Part shown: in pieces, positions 9,212 through 19,945 of the stretch | How the letters are laid out: each line of letters begins with the position of its first letter | Numbering within the stretch: position 1 is the stretch's first letter | Assembly (NCBI GenBank): GCA_040222015.1 | Contig: JAVJWO010000005.1 | Span: 1 to 64,000 of the forward strand | Length of the DNA: 64,000 nt | Direction of reading: 5' to 3' | Origin: Coleofasciculus chthonoplastes F2-STO-03 | Lineage (GTDB): Bacteria; Cyanobacteriota; Cyanobacteriia; Cyanobacteriales; Coleofasciculaceae | Made by a program: the position numbers and the translations under genes | The notes under the pieces: generated by a model | The model's input: only the letters and a program-made list of their open reading frames with translations | Database searches by the model: none | What the model was told of the DNA's origin: nothing

Positions 9212-10981
9212 ATGTTGCTGTCGTTACGGATTCAAAATTTTGCCTTAATCGACCAACTGGAATTGGAATTTGCGGCGGGTCTAAATGTTTTGACGGGCGA
9301 AACGGGTGCTGGTAAGTCAATTATTCTGGATGCCATTGATGTCGCGTTGGGAGGAAAAGTCACCCATCGTTTGATTCGCACCGGGGAAAAACGGGCGCTG
9401 GTTGAGGCGACGTTTCGCATCGATGGGACTTTGATGGCTTGGTTGAGTGAACAGGAAATTGATTTACTTGATGAAGCGGATTTGGTCTGTAGTCGAGAGA
9501 TTACGGCTAAACAGAACTCCCTGCGATCGCGATCGCGAATTAATGGGATTTTGGTGAATCGTCGCTTGATGGAACAATTACGCGATCGCTTGGTGGAAAT
9601 TACCGCCCAAGGTCAAACGGTGCAGCTTTTTGCCTCAACTCGCCAGCGGCGACTGCTTGACTTTTACGGCGGTTTCCCGATTAAAAAGCAACTTGAGCAA
9701 GTCGCTACCGCTTATCTGGCATCTCAGGACGCTTTACAAGCCTTGCAAAAGCGCCGTCAGTCGGAACAGCAACGCCTACAACGCCTCGATTGGCTAGAGT
9801 ATCAAATTCAGGAACTGAGTGCTGCGGATCTGGCTGATCCTGATGAACTGATGGAACTTGAGCAAGAAAGTCAACGGTTAACTCATGTCGTGGAACTCCA
9901 ACAGCACAGTTATCAGGTTTATCAGTCGCTTTACCAAAATGACAGCGGTGCATTTGCCTGCGCCGATTTATTAGGGGAAGCCGAAACCACGTTGAGTGAT
10001 ATGGCGCAATACGACACCCAGTTACAACCGATCCTAGAATTGGTCAGTGGTGCTTTAGCCCAGGTGGTAGAAGCTTCTCATCAAATTAATGCGTATGGGG
10101 ATGGACTGGAAACTGATCCCGAACGCCTGCAAGAGGTTGAAGAACGCATCCAAGCGCTTAAACAAATTTGCCGGAAATATGGACCCACTTTAGCCGATGC
10201 GATCGCGCATTACGAAAAACTTGCCTCAGAATTGGCTGAACTTAGGGGTAACGGTCAATCGTTGGATGAGTTGGAAAAAATTTACCACCAATGTCAGGAA
10301 ACCTTAACAGAAAGCTGTACTCAACTCACCCAGTTACGTCGAGTCGCAGCGGAGGAACTGGAACAGCGTCTGGTGGAACAACTGAAGCCTCTAGCCATGT
10401 CCAAGGTACAATTTCAGGTGGCGATTACGCCGATCGCGCCGACAGTGGCGGGTGCGGATCAAGTCACGTTTTATTTATCTCCCAACCCAGGGGAACCGCT
10501 ACAACCGTTAGCAGCAACGGCATCGGGGGGGGAAATGAGCCGTTTTTTACTGGCATTGAAAGCCTGTTTGTCGAATAGTGGCGACCAAGGCTTGACCTTA
10601 ATTTTTGATGAAATTGACGCTGGGGTATCGGGGCGGGTAGCCAGTGCGATCGCGGAACGACTTCATCACCTGAGCCAGCAAAATCAAGTGTTGTGTGTGA
10701 CTCACCAACCCATCATCGCCGCCATGGCAGATCGGCATTTCCGCGTCGATAAACAGGTGATCGATCAAACCCTCTTACCCGAAACTAAGCAGACAAACAC
10801 GCTCGTTGATCAGGGAATTTCTGAGATTGACCTGCGTACCGTTATTCGCGTCAGTCGCCTCGATCATCATTCTCACCGCCAGGAAGAAATTGCCCAGCTA
10901 GCTGGTGGACAATCGGGTCAAGAAGCCATGACGTTTGCCAATTCACTCCTGACCCAAGCCCGTCATTGGCGTCAGAATTAA
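9212..10981 (+). CDS. recN: DNA repair protein RecN
   Basis: MLLSLRIQNFALID, Walker A GETGAGKS, SGGEMSR signature and FDEIDAGVSG. Probable start is ATG 9212. Confidence 0.97.
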   Translation: MLLSLRIQNFALIDQLELEFAAGLNVLTGETGAGKSIILDAIDVALGGKVTHRLIRTGEKRALVEATFRIDGTLMAWLSEQEIDLLDEADLVCSREITAKQNSLRSRSRINGILVNRRLMEQLRDRLVEITAQGQTVQLFASTRQRRLLDFYGGFPIKKQLEQVATAYLASQDALQALQKRRQSEQQRLQRLDWLEYQIQELSAADLADPDELMELEQESQRLTHVVELQQHSYQVYQSLYQNDSGAFACADLLGEAETTLSDMAQYDTQLQPILELVSGALAQVVEASHQINAYGDGLETDPERLQEVEERIQALKQICRKYGPTLADAIAHYEKLASELAELRGNGQSLDELEKIYHQCQETLTESCTQLTQLRRVAAEELEQRLVEQLKPLAMSKVQFQVAITPIAPTVAGADQVTFYLSPNPGEPLQPLAATASGGEMSRFLLALKACLSNSGDQGLTLIFDEIDAGVSGRVASAIAERLHHLSQQNQVLCVTHQPIIAAMADRHFRVDKQVIDQTLLPETKQTNTLVDQGISEIDLRTVIRVSRLDHHSHRQEEIAQLAGGQSGQEAMTFANSLLTQARHWRQN

Positions 10982-10989
10982 TGGAGATG

Positions 10990-11043
10990 GTCATTTGTCA
11001 TTTGTCATTCGTCATTTGTCATTCGTCATTTGTCATTTGGTCA
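10990..11043. repeat. STRR heptamer tandem repeat (GTCATTT/GTCATTC); further arrays at ~36155-36200, ~62967-62990 and ~4942-4963
   Basis: About 7 tandem copies are directly visible. Confidence 0.9.
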
Positions 11044-11105
11044 GGGCGGGTTTTGCAGCCAAGCTAAGGAAAACCATCAATATTAGTCCCTAAACCCGCC
11101 CCTAC
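11043..11105. repeat. Dispersed palindromic REP family (GTAG)GGGCGGGTTT...AAACCCGCCC(CTAC)
   Basis: Full or half copies at ~265, 11043, 19866-19928, 32230-32317, 43840, 47697-47762, 49086 and 57179-57241. Confidence 0.85.
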
Positions 11106-11147
11106 ACACAGATACACCATGGTACATTTCTACCATGACTGTCCTCT

Positions 11148-11195
11148 GCTCCCCCAGCTCCCCCAGCTCCCCCAGCTCCCCCAGCTTCCCCATCT
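11148..11195. repeat. 9-nt tandem repeat (CCCCAGCTC)n
   Basis: About 4 tandem copies. They create the spurious PQLPQL N-terminal extension of the cyclase ORF. Confidence 0.85.
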
Positions 11196-11295
11196 CCCTC
11201 ATCTTGCCAATAAAATAAACCTGAGTGGTAAAACTTTAACTGATAGAGTACTCTTATTCGTATGCCAGGAATGTTCTCTGACCCTAACGAGAAAT

Positions 11296-13923
11296 ATGAC
11301 AGCTGCATTTTCACCCAGGTCTGCGGATCACAATGGAGATACCGTTGATATAACACCAATCTATACTGACGACCAAAGAGCGCATGAACATCAACCTGCC
11401 TCTGCTGGTGCCCTAGCGGCCACAAATGGAACATTTACGGCGTTTCTTGCGCCCCTGACTCAAGACAGCTTCAAAGAAGTTGTCACGGGGGTGGAAAAGA
11501 AACTCGAAGTTGTTCATCAAACCCTGTCCATGCTCCTCGACAGCCAAGGGTTTGAGACAATTCTTCAGGAGATGCTCAATGCCATCACCTTGAAGACAGC
11601 AGAGCTTTTGGGTGCAGACCGGACAACGATATTTTTACTGGATGAAAATAAAAATGAATTATTTTCGATCGTCGCCGAGGGTGAGAATGGAAAAACCATA
11701 GAACTTCGGATTCCGGCTGATCAGGGAATTGCTGGGGAAGTGGCAACGTTTAAAAAAGTTGTCAATAATCCCTACGATTTCTTCGATGATCCGCGATCAG
11801 AAGGGTCGAAAAAACTCTATAAGACAACCGGATACCGGACGTATACGATGTTGACGCTGCCCTTGCTCAATGAGAAGGGAGACTTAGTGGCAGTGGTTCA
11901 GCTGTTGAATAAGCTAAAACCGGATCATGAGCCTGAGGATGATTTACCCTTAGAAGAAAAAATTGATAAACAGGGTTTTAGCGAAACCGATCAGAAACTT
12001 TTTGAAGAATTTGCCCCCTCCATCCGCCTGATTCTGGAGTCGTCCAAGTCATTTTACCTGGCAACTCAGCAACAGCGAGCGGCTAATGCTCTGATGAAGG
12101 CGACTGAATCCCTGAGTAAGAGCAGTTTAGACTTGGAAGAAACGCTCAAGCGGGTGATGGAGGAAGCTAAGGAGCTGATGAATGCGGATCGCTCGACCTT
12201 GTGGTTGATTGATCACGAACGCAATGATTTGTGGACGAAGATTACTCAGTCTGGCGGCTCGATGAAAGAACTGCGGGTTCCCATCGGAGCGGGTTTTGCT
12301 GGTCGAGTCGGGCTAACGGGTGAAATTCTCAATATCCCGTTTGATCTTTACAATCATCCGGATTCAGAGACATCAAGAAACATCGATCGCAATACGGGGT
12401 ATCGCACCTGTAGCTTGCTGTGTATGCCTGTCTATAACGCAGATGGCGAGTTAATTGGTGTTACCCAATTGGTGAATAAGAAGAAGAAGGGAGAGTTTCC
12501 GGCTTACGAACCAAATCCCGATAAAGAGGAACAAGACGCACCCGAATGCTGGAAGGCGAGTTTCGATCAAAGCGATGTCGCTTTTATGGAAGCCTTTAAT
12601 ATCCAAGCGGGTGTGGCGCTGCAAAATGCGAAGCTGTTTGCCACGGTTAAACAGCAGGAGCAAATGCAGAGGGATATCCTGCGGAGTCTGACCAATGGTG
12701 TAATTTCTACAGACAAAGCCGGTAAAGTTATCGCGGCGAATGAAAGTGCCAAGAAACTGTTGGGCTTTAGTAAGGGAGATACTATCGAAGGGCGATCAGT
12801 TTCCGAATTGATCAAAATTAAAGAGAAAGAGGGTAGCCTTGCCAGCTTTGCTCAATTACTACAGAATGGCTTAGATGCCAAAAGCGAGAAAGACCGCAAT
12901 CAGTACTACCCCGATCAGACGTTGCTAACGCCGAGCAATGAAGAGCATAGCGTGCATTTGTCGATTAACTCCATTGCGGATACTAGCGATCTGACCAATG
13001 TGTATGGGGCGTTGGTGGTGATGGACGACATCAGTGATGAGAAGCGCCTCAAGAGTACAATGTATCGGTACATGACTCAGGAGTTGGCAGAAGAACTGCT
13101 GAAACTGGGTGATGCCAAAATGGGAGGCGATCGCAAAGAAGTTTCGGTGCTGTTTTCTGATATTCGTAGCTACACCACTTTGACCGAAAAACTCCAAGCG
13201 GAAGAAGTGGTGGGAATGCTGAATGAGTATTTTGAATCGATGGTCGAGGCAATTTTCAAGCAGAAAGGTACTCTCGATAAATATATCGGCGATGCAATTA
13301 TGGCGGTATTTGGTTCGCCCTTACCCCTACCCGATCACGCCTGGAGAGCGGTACAAACGGCTGTGGACATGCGCCACCGATTGGCAGATTTTAATGCTAA
13401 TCGTCTGTCACAGAATAAAGAAGAAATCCGAATTGGGATTGGGATTAACTCTGACAGTGTGATTAGCGGCAATATTGGTTCGAGTAAGCGGATGGAGTTC
13501 ACCGCCATTGGCGATGGTGTCAACTTAGGCTCCCGCCTAGAAGGTGCCAGTAAGCAATATGGCTGTGACATTATTATTAGCGAATATACCTTTGCTCCCT
13601 GCCAGGATAGGATTTGGTATCGGGAACTCGATTGCATTCGGGTTAAAGGCAAGAATAAGCCTGTCAGAATTTACGAACTGGTGGGATTGCGTTCTGATCC
13701 CCTTTCTGCCGAAAAAGAGGAAATTATTGAACATTACCACAAAGGACGGGAGCATTATCTCAACCGGAAGTTTACCCGGGCGATGGGTGAATTTGGCATT
13801 ATCCTGGAAGAATTTGACAAAAATGATAAAGCAGTTGCATTACACCTGAAGCGGTGTCAACATTTTCTCCAAGAACCACCACCGGATGACTGGGATGGGG
13901 CTTACACGATGACTGAAAAGTAA
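11296..13923 (+). CDS. cyaB: GAF-GAF-PAS class III adenylate cyclase with C-terminal TPR-like helix (CyaB type)
   Basis: Two GAF domains (LGADRTTIFLLD..YRTYTML; MNADRSTLWLID..YRTCSLLCMP), a PAS domain, and cyclase motifs FSDIRSYT, KYIGDAIM and FTAIGDGVNLGSRLE. Start probably ATG 11296. Confidence 0.9.
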   Translation: MTAAFSPRSADHNGDTVDITPIYTDDQRAHEHQPASAGALAATNGTFTAFLAPLTQDSFKEVVTGVEKKLEVVHQTLSMLLDSQGFETILQEMLNAITLKTAELLGADRTTIFLLDENKNELFSIVAEGENGKTIELRIPADQGIAGEVATFKKVVNNPYDFFDDPRSEGSKKLYKTTGYRTYTMLTLPLLNEKGDLVAVVQLLNKLKPDHEPEDDLPLEEKIDKQGFSETDQKLFEEFAPSIRLILESSKSFYLATQQQRAANALMKATESLSKSSLDLEETLKRVMEEAKELMNADRSTLWLIDHERNDLWTKITQSGGSMKELRVPIGAGFAGRVGLTGEILNIPFDLYNHPDSETSRNIDRNTGYRTCSLLCMPVYNADGELIGVTQLVNKKKKGEFPAYEPNPDKEEQDAPECWKASFDQSDVAFMEAFNIQAGVALQNAKLFATVKQQEQMQRDILRSLTNGVISTDKAGKVIAANESAKKLLGFSKGDTIEGRSVSELIKIKEKEGSLASFAQLLQNGLDAKSEKDRNQYYPDQTLLTPSNEEHSVHLSINSIADTSDLTNVYGALVVMDDISDEKRLKSTMYRYMTQELAEELLKLGDAKMGGDRKEVSVLFSDIRSYTTLTEKLQAEEVVGMLNEYFESMVEAIFKQKGTLDKYIGDAIMAVFGSPLPLPDHAWRAVQTAVDMRHRLADFNANRLSQNKEEIRIGIGINSDSVISGNIGSSKRMEFTAIGDGVNLGSRLEGASKQYGCDIIISEYTFAPCQDRIWYRELDCIRVKGKNKPVRIYELVGLRSDPLSAEKEEIIEHYHKGREHYLNRKFTRAMGEFGIILEEFDKNDKAVALHLKRCQHFLQEPPPDDWDGAYTMTEK

Positions 13924-13959
13924 TTCAAGCAACTAGCACCCCAAACATGAGGACTTGTG

Positions 13960-14022
13960 CGTAGGGTGGGCAATGCCCACCTTATTTATATCTTGCGTAG
14001 GATGGGCATTGCTCACCCTACT
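13960..14022. repeat. GTAG-type REP (GTAGGGTGGGCAATGCCCACC), two copies; another copy at ~6913
   Basis: Palindromic copies directly after the cyaB stop. Confidence 0.8.
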
Positions 14023-14167
14023 TATTTATCGTTCTTAAGAGAATTATTATTCAACCGACCTTGAGTCATAATAGAGACCAGTGTCTACTGAATTCTATGT
14101 TGATGTTGGCTACAATTCAGGGAAATTCTTGCTAGCGTTAAGGTGTTAGTTGTGAGTAATCAGATAC

Positions 14168-16591
14168 GTGAAGGAAACTAGTGGGGAGTTATCTCAAAAC
14201 CAGGTTCCCTACGAGCGAAGCGAAGGGTCAAAGCTCTCTGCCTTGTGGTCGCGTCTTAAACGCATTGGTAGTTTGACCTGGAAAAATCCAGCCTTGCTAA
14301 CCAGTTTGGCGGTTACAGGTGTGTTGCTGGGGACTCGCCAGTTAGCGCTTTTGGAGCCATTGGAGCTTTATGCTTATGATCGGTTGATGCAGTTGCGACC
14401 CAACCTACCTCCTGACCCGCGTCTGTTGGTGGTTGAGGTGACAGAGGAGGATGTTAAATCCTTAGATCGGTGGCAAATCCGCAAGCAGTGGCCCATGACG
14501 GATGCTCTGATACATCAACTGCTCTCCAAACTACAGCAGTATGAACCAGCCGTGATCGGGTTAGATCTATATCGGGATCTGCCGATGCCTCCCGGTAACG
14601 CTGAATTAACTCGCCTGTTTAAAAACAGTGGTAATATTATTCCCATTTGTCGGTTGGGGGACGAAAACAAGGGCGGGACTCCCCCACCCGAAGCTGTACC
14701 TGAGGATCGAGTTGGCTTTGCCGATTTAACGATTGATGAAGGAGAAGTCGTGCGTCGGGCGTTGTTGTTTCACAATGCCGACATTCCGGAAGGGTGTACC
14801 ACCCGTCTTTCCTTTAGTTTTCAACTTGCCCGGTACTACCTTGAAGGCAAAGGAATTGAGCCACAAACGATTAAGCAAAATGGACAGGACTATTTGAAAT
14901 GGGGTGATGTGATTTTCAAACCCCTAAAACCAAAGTCCGGAGGTTACCAAAAGGCTGATGCAGGCGGCTATCAAATTTTGTTGAATTATCGGTCGGCGGA
15001 TAAACTTGCTGAAAGTGTGACCCTGACAGAGGTTCTTGAAGGTAGGCTTGATCCGAGTTTAATCAAAGACCGTATCGTCCTGATTGGGGTTTCTGATCCG
15101 GCGGAAGAGGATCTATTGTTCACGCCCTACAGTTCCGAAGGGGACGTTCTGCAAAGAATGCCGGGAGTCGTCGTTCATGGTCAAATTGTCAGTCAGCTAA
15201 TCAGTGCTGTTTTGGATCAGCGCAAACTGTTTTGGTTTATCCCAGAGTGGGGAGAAGTAATCTGGATTGGGGTTTGGTCATTGACGGGCGCTATCCTGAT
15301 ATCCATCACCCACAATATCCGGCAACTGCTCCTGGCTGAGACAGTAGCGATTGGTCTTTTGGGCAGTATATCCTTGATCGTGTTTCTGGAGGCAGGTTGG
15401 ATACCGGTGATGATACCAGCCTTGGGATTGGTGATGTCATCTACAGGGGTCTTGGCTTATAGCGCCTACCAAAATCAGCAAGAACGCGCCCATTTTGCCC
15501 ATCTACTCCAAGAACAGGAAAATAATCTCATTGCCCTTCAGGGTTTATTACAAGATAGAACCAGCTTTGCTCCAACCACTCAGGAGGATGAGGATGAAGA
15601 TGACGATCAGACTCTGATTGCAGAACAGCAAGAGGTAACCCTAAGTGAAGAAACGGCTATTGCCCCATCGCAGCAGGATGGGGATGGAGAAACGGCAATT
15701 TGGACACCTGATGCAGCTGTGAGCCAACCCGCGCCAACGGTTAAACCATCTGACAATCCCAACCTTTTAGCCGGACGCTATAAGATTAATCGGGTTCTAG
15801 GTTCTGGGGGATTTGGTCTCACCTATTTAGCTGAAGATAGCCACAGACCGGGCAAACCCAAGTGTGTGGTCAAGCATTTAAAACCAGCCCGTCGCGATGA
15901 ACGATTTCTCGCCATTGCCAGACGCCTCTTCCATACAGAAGCAGAAATCTTAGAAAAGTTGGGCAGACATCCTCACATTCCCCAGTTGCTGGCATATTTT
16001 GAAGAAAGTCGGGAATTCTATCTTGTCGAAGAATACATTAAAGGAGATTCACTCAGCGACGAGTTACCTGTAGATAAGCGCGTGCCAGAAGAGCAAGTGG
16101 TTAAGTTAATCAAAGGTCTCTTAGAAATTATGGTGTTTATCCATGAACATAATGTTATTCACCGGGATATCAAACCCAGTAACATTATTCGTCGCCAAAC
16201 CGATGGTCAATTGGTGTTAATTGATTTTGGGGCAGTTAAACAGATTCAACCTCAACAAAAACTGGATCAGGAACATGATACGCAAGAACATAATACGGTG
16301 GCGGTTGGTACTCGTGGCTATGCACCGTCAGAACAATACGCTGGACACCCGACTCTGAGCAGCGATATTTATGCGGTTGGCGTGATTGGGATTCAAGCTT
16401 TAACAGGCATTCCTCCTCATCAGTTAGTGCTGGATTCAGAGACCGGGGAAATTAGCTGGCGTCATTTGGCAAATGTGAGTGACGAGCTAGCTCAGATATT
16501 AGAAAAAATGGTGCGCTACTATTTTATGGATCGATATCAGTCTGTGACCAAAGTGTTAGAGGATTTAAGTACCTTGTCACCTCAATCTTAG
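14168..16591 (+). CDS. CHASE2-domain membrane Ser/Thr protein kinase
   Basis: CHASE2 domain (DPRLLVVEVTEED, PAVIGLDLYRD, MPGVVVHGQIVSQ), 3 TM segments, and kinase motifs GSGGFG, HRDIKPSN, DFG and GTRGYAP. Confidence 0.95.
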   Translation: MKETSGELSQNQVPYERSEGSKLSALWSRLKRIGSLTWKNPALLTSLAVTGVLLGTRQLALLEPLELYAYDRLMQLRPNLPPDPRLLVVEVTEEDVKSLDRWQIRKQWPMTDALIHQLLSKLQQYEPAVIGLDLYRDLPMPPGNAELTRLFKNSGNIIPICRLGDENKGGTPPPEAVPEDRVGFADLTIDEGEVVRRALLFHNADIPEGCTTRLSFSFQLARYYLEGKGIEPQTIKQNGQDYLKWGDVIFKPLKPKSGGYQKADAGGYQILLNYRSADKLAESVTLTEVLEGRLDPSLIKDRIVLIGVSDPAEEDLLFTPYSSEGDVLQRMPGVVVHGQIVSQLISAVLDQRKLFWFIPEWGEVIWIGVWSLTGAILISITHNIRQLLLAETVAIGLLGSISLIVFLEAGWIPVMIPALGLVMSSTGVLAYSAYQNQQERAHFAHLLQEQENNLIALQGLLQDRTSFAPTTQEDEDEDDDQTLIAEQQEVTLSEETAIAPSQQDGDGETAIWTPDAAVSQPAPTVKPSDNPNLLAGRYKINRVLGSGGFGLTYLAEDSHRPGKPKCVVKHLKPARRDERFLAIARRLFHTEAEILEKLGRHPHIPQLLAYFEESREFYLVEEYIKGDSLSDELPVDKRVPEEQVVKLIKGLLEIMVFIHEHNVIHRDIKPSNIIRRQTDGQLVLIDFGAVKQIQPQQKLDQEHDTQEHNTVAVGTRGYAPSEQYAGHPTLSSDIYAVGVIGIQALTGIPPHQLVLDSETGEISWRHLANVSDELAQILEKMVRYYFMDRYQSVTKVLEDLSTLSPQS

Positions 16592-16735
16592 AGCGAATGT
16601 CACTGACTGGTATGCTGGTGGGTTTCGACTTCGCAAGAGTCCACGATGGCGGCGTAGCACACCTTAATTGGTGGATTAGCATTGTAAAATTGTAGGGTGC
16701 GTTAGCGTAGCGTAACGCACCTTTGCCAGGATACT

Positions 16736-18196
16736 AAACTAAAATCTGCCCTATTTAATCAATTAACCGTCGATTTAGCGATTCAGTCGGGAGATATTTC
16801 TGGTGCTTTAACCCTCGCTGAAACCGGAAAAAATACCTGTTTGCGTTGGTTCTTAGGATATGAGCAGGTTCCGGAACTGGATTACCGCCAGATTCAACGT
16901 CTTTTAACGCCAACGACGGCGGCGATTTATTGGCATTTGAGTCCGAGTGCGTTAACGACATTTGTGATAGTACCGGATGACTTGCAGGTTGTTTTAACGC
17001 AGAGGAACGCAGAGGAAAACGCAGAGGAACGCAGAGGGTTTATAGAGTTAAATGACCAGCGTTCTGAATCGTTACAGCACGTTCTGGCTTGGGAAAAATG
17101 GTTAACCGAATGGAATCAACGTTATCAGGCGTATGGGAGTTCAAAGGAGAAAGCCAACGGAACCGAGAAAAAACAACATCCTTGGCGTCTTCAAATGGTG
17201 GAGAGTTTCCAGAAACTCCGGGCGATTCTGAATATCTCTGGTATTATCGAACACCTGCAAAATCAGCCGATTGAAAATCTTATCCTGATTCCCCACCGCG
17301 ACTTGCACCGCTTCCCCCTGCACTATTTTTTCCCGAATTATACCTGTACGTATCTCCCCAGTGCTTATTCTAAATTGCGGTTGATTCTGGAGGATGAGGA
17401 AAATAGGGACGATGGCGGAAACTTGCCGATTAATGACACTCTGGATAATTGTCCCCCACTCCATTCTTTATTACTGGTAGAAAATCCCAAAAGTAGACCA
17501 TTCATTCAGGGAAAAGCCACACCCTTATCCGATTTACCCTTCGCTGAAGTTGAAGCAGCATTAATTCGTCAGCTATTTTCCCAGGTTACGCTAATCGCCA
17601 ACCCAAACGCGACTCGTGAATCCCTCTGCCAATCTCTACAAACTCCTCATCATGTCTTCCACTTTACCGGACATGGAGCCTATAATTCCGGCAATCCGGC
17701 TCAATCTTGTCTATTCCTCGACGATACTGACCAACTAACATTAACTGATATTATCCATCTGAATTTGAGAGACTACTATCTGGCTTGTCTTTGTGCTTGT
17801 GAAACCGCGATGACTGGCGACGAAACCATTACTGATGAATATGTGGGATTAGTCAGCGCCTTTCTGAAAGCTGGGGTAACTTATGTGATCAGTCCCCTGT
17901 GGACAGTAGAATCAGCGGCTAGCGCTTTATTAATTGTCAAATTTTACCAGCATCTTGAGGCGGGACAATCGCCGCCAATGGCATTAAAATCGGCTCAAGG
18001 CTGGCTAAAAACAGCGACTCGTAAGCAATTAGTTGAGTGGTTAGATAGGGTAATTCCTCAACTTACCAAACACAAATCCCTTCAGCTTATTTTGCAAGAC
18101 CAGCGCGATTTATTGGATAGAATGGAAAATAATGATCCACCTTATTGTCATCCGTATTACTGGGCGGCGTTTACGATATCTGGTATTAAAGATTAG
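16736..18196 (+). pseudogene. 5'-truncated CHAT (caspase-like) protease gene
   Basis: CHAT His/Cys motifs FTGHG and LCACET, plus HPYYWAAF. The frame stays protein-like upstream of TTG 16841 (KLKSALFNQLTVDLAIQSGD..AETGKNTC) but has no start codon and hits a stop (16703) inside a REP. Confidence 0.75.
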
Positions 18197-18360
18197 GTTC
18201 GTCGTTCATCGTCGTTTGTAGTAAGGGCTTTAGCCTTTTATAAGGCTGTTAGACACCTAAACCTACTGCAATAATATCGTTATAAGAGATCCCCCCTAGC
18301 CCCCCTTAAAAAGGGAGGAACTAGAATAAAGTAGTATTATATGCTCCGACTCAAGAGTCT

Positions 18361-18801
18361 ATGATGAAAGACGCCGATGTTCTGATTCTCAAAGCCTTTC
18401 TTGCTGCCCTCTGCCAACAGCGATCGCCCCTCTCTGATACAATTAAAGAAAAACTGGCATATATTGCCCAATCCCTGGAAACCCGGATTGGAGAATTGCA
18501 CGATTTGGCAATTAGCATTCCTGCCTTGAAGATACCTTATGAATCTGCCCGTCTCTTGTTAACCGATACAGCAGCAAAAGAGAAGATAGGGTTAAAATTT
18601 CTTCCGGCTGATAACGCTGACGACGATAATAATCGAGAAACTCCTAATATCACCAGAGATATCCAGGACTTTATTGCCCAGATGGAATGTACTATAGCAA
18701 CAATTGAATCTAAATTGGATCGAACCCAACTTGAGCAAACTGCTCAAATTCTTTCTGATCCTAACCCGGTCAATTCGGCTAAGAACAAGTATAGAATATG
18801 A
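18361..18801 (+). CDS. Small helical hypothetical protein downstream of the CHAT gene
   Basis: 146-aa ORF with ATG start. Its stop overlaps the next ATG (ATGA at 18798). Confidence 0.7.
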   Translation: MMKDADVLILKAFLAALCQQRSPLSDTIKEKLAYIAQSLETRIGELHDLAISIPALKIPYESARLLLTDTAAKEKIGLKFLPADNADDDNNRETPNITRDIQDFIAQMECTIATIESKLDRTQLEQTAQILSDPNPVNSAKNKYRI

Positions 18802-19778
18802 TTAATCAAAAATCAATTTTATTTCCTATAGGATTTTACAGCCTGACGCAGTACATTGAGTAGGGCGCACCTCAGTCAGCACAGGGCGCACGTCAGTGCG
18901 CCCCTACAGCCCCGACAAAGTTTCAAGGCGCTACTTGCTTTGAACTCGGACAAATCGATATTATTCCCGATGGCTTAAACCGTAATCACTATATTTTGAT
19001 CTGCTTGTTTCCCTATGATAAAACCGACGCAGAACTGAAAGATATTATTGGCAGACTCTACCTCGATTTAATTCCTCTGTTTCACTACCGCAATAAAATA
19101 CTGTGGAGTTATGAACAAAGCCGTCAACTGAAAAGAACATTGAAGGATTTCTCGCGGGTTATCCAAAAACTGGTTGATTCCCTACCCAAACGCCTTCATG
19201 CTTCTCCCCTAAATCTGGATGAATTACAACAAGACTTAGCCCATGCTTTGTCGATATCCCATTACTACGAAACCAGTTTAGGTTATCTGCAAGAACAAGC
19301 CTCGAATCTAGAAATAAACACTCAAAACTACATCAAGCGAGTAGACGCGATCGCGCAACTCGACCCCAACGGCGACCTCACCTTCCTAGAACGATTTGGC
19401 GAGTTTGCCACAGAGAAGTATCTCAGCCACGTACAAACCGACTACCAAGCCCTCAGCGCCGGATTAAAACCCCTAGAAAATTTTATCAAAACTATTGTGG
19501 GAATTATCGAAATTGAGAAAACCAAGAATGAACGCACCCTGAATCAAACCGTCGCGATCGCGAGTGTGGGAATTAGTACTGCATCGCTGGCTGCGTCTGC
19601 CCTGACTGAACAAGCAGAAGGGATTGTCAAGAGTATTTTACCAGTCCCTACTAATCAACCGACACCCGCACTAAACCATTGGGTAAATTTCAGTTTAACC
19701 TTTGGCTTGAGCGTATTGATTGGCATCGTCAGTGCTGTAATTACTTGGAGAATTTTAGATATCGGAAGGACAAGATAA
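18798..19778 (+). pseudogene. Internally disrupted membrane protein (helical region plus 2 C-terminal TM segments)
   Basis: The coupled start MINQKSILFP (18798) runs into repeat DNA and a stop at 18861. The frame resumes at ~18912 (PTKFQGATCFELGQ..HYILICLF) and runs to 19778. Confidence 0.6.
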
Positions 19779-19945
19779 TTTCCTTGTTTGTTGAAACCTG
19801 AAGTTCTCCTCGTATAACAACAGCAGAGGGAGCTAACCTCACTTTTCACGGTATCTGGCGCCTCTGTAGGGGCGGGTTTAACTACTATCTTTTCGGTTGC
19901 ACCCATAAGTGGCTAAACCCGCCCCGACTCCCCCCATCTCTCAGA

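Noticed and set aside
10990..11043. Short tandem repeats as a possible CRISPR array
   Set aside because: These are contiguous heptamers without unique spacers. No CRISPR array or cas gene was seen in the window.
11119..11295. N-terminal extension of the cyclase ORF (PQLPQL...) and the antisense 110-aa ORF
   Set aside because: Both arise from the 9-nt tandem repeat; the plausible start is ATG 11296.
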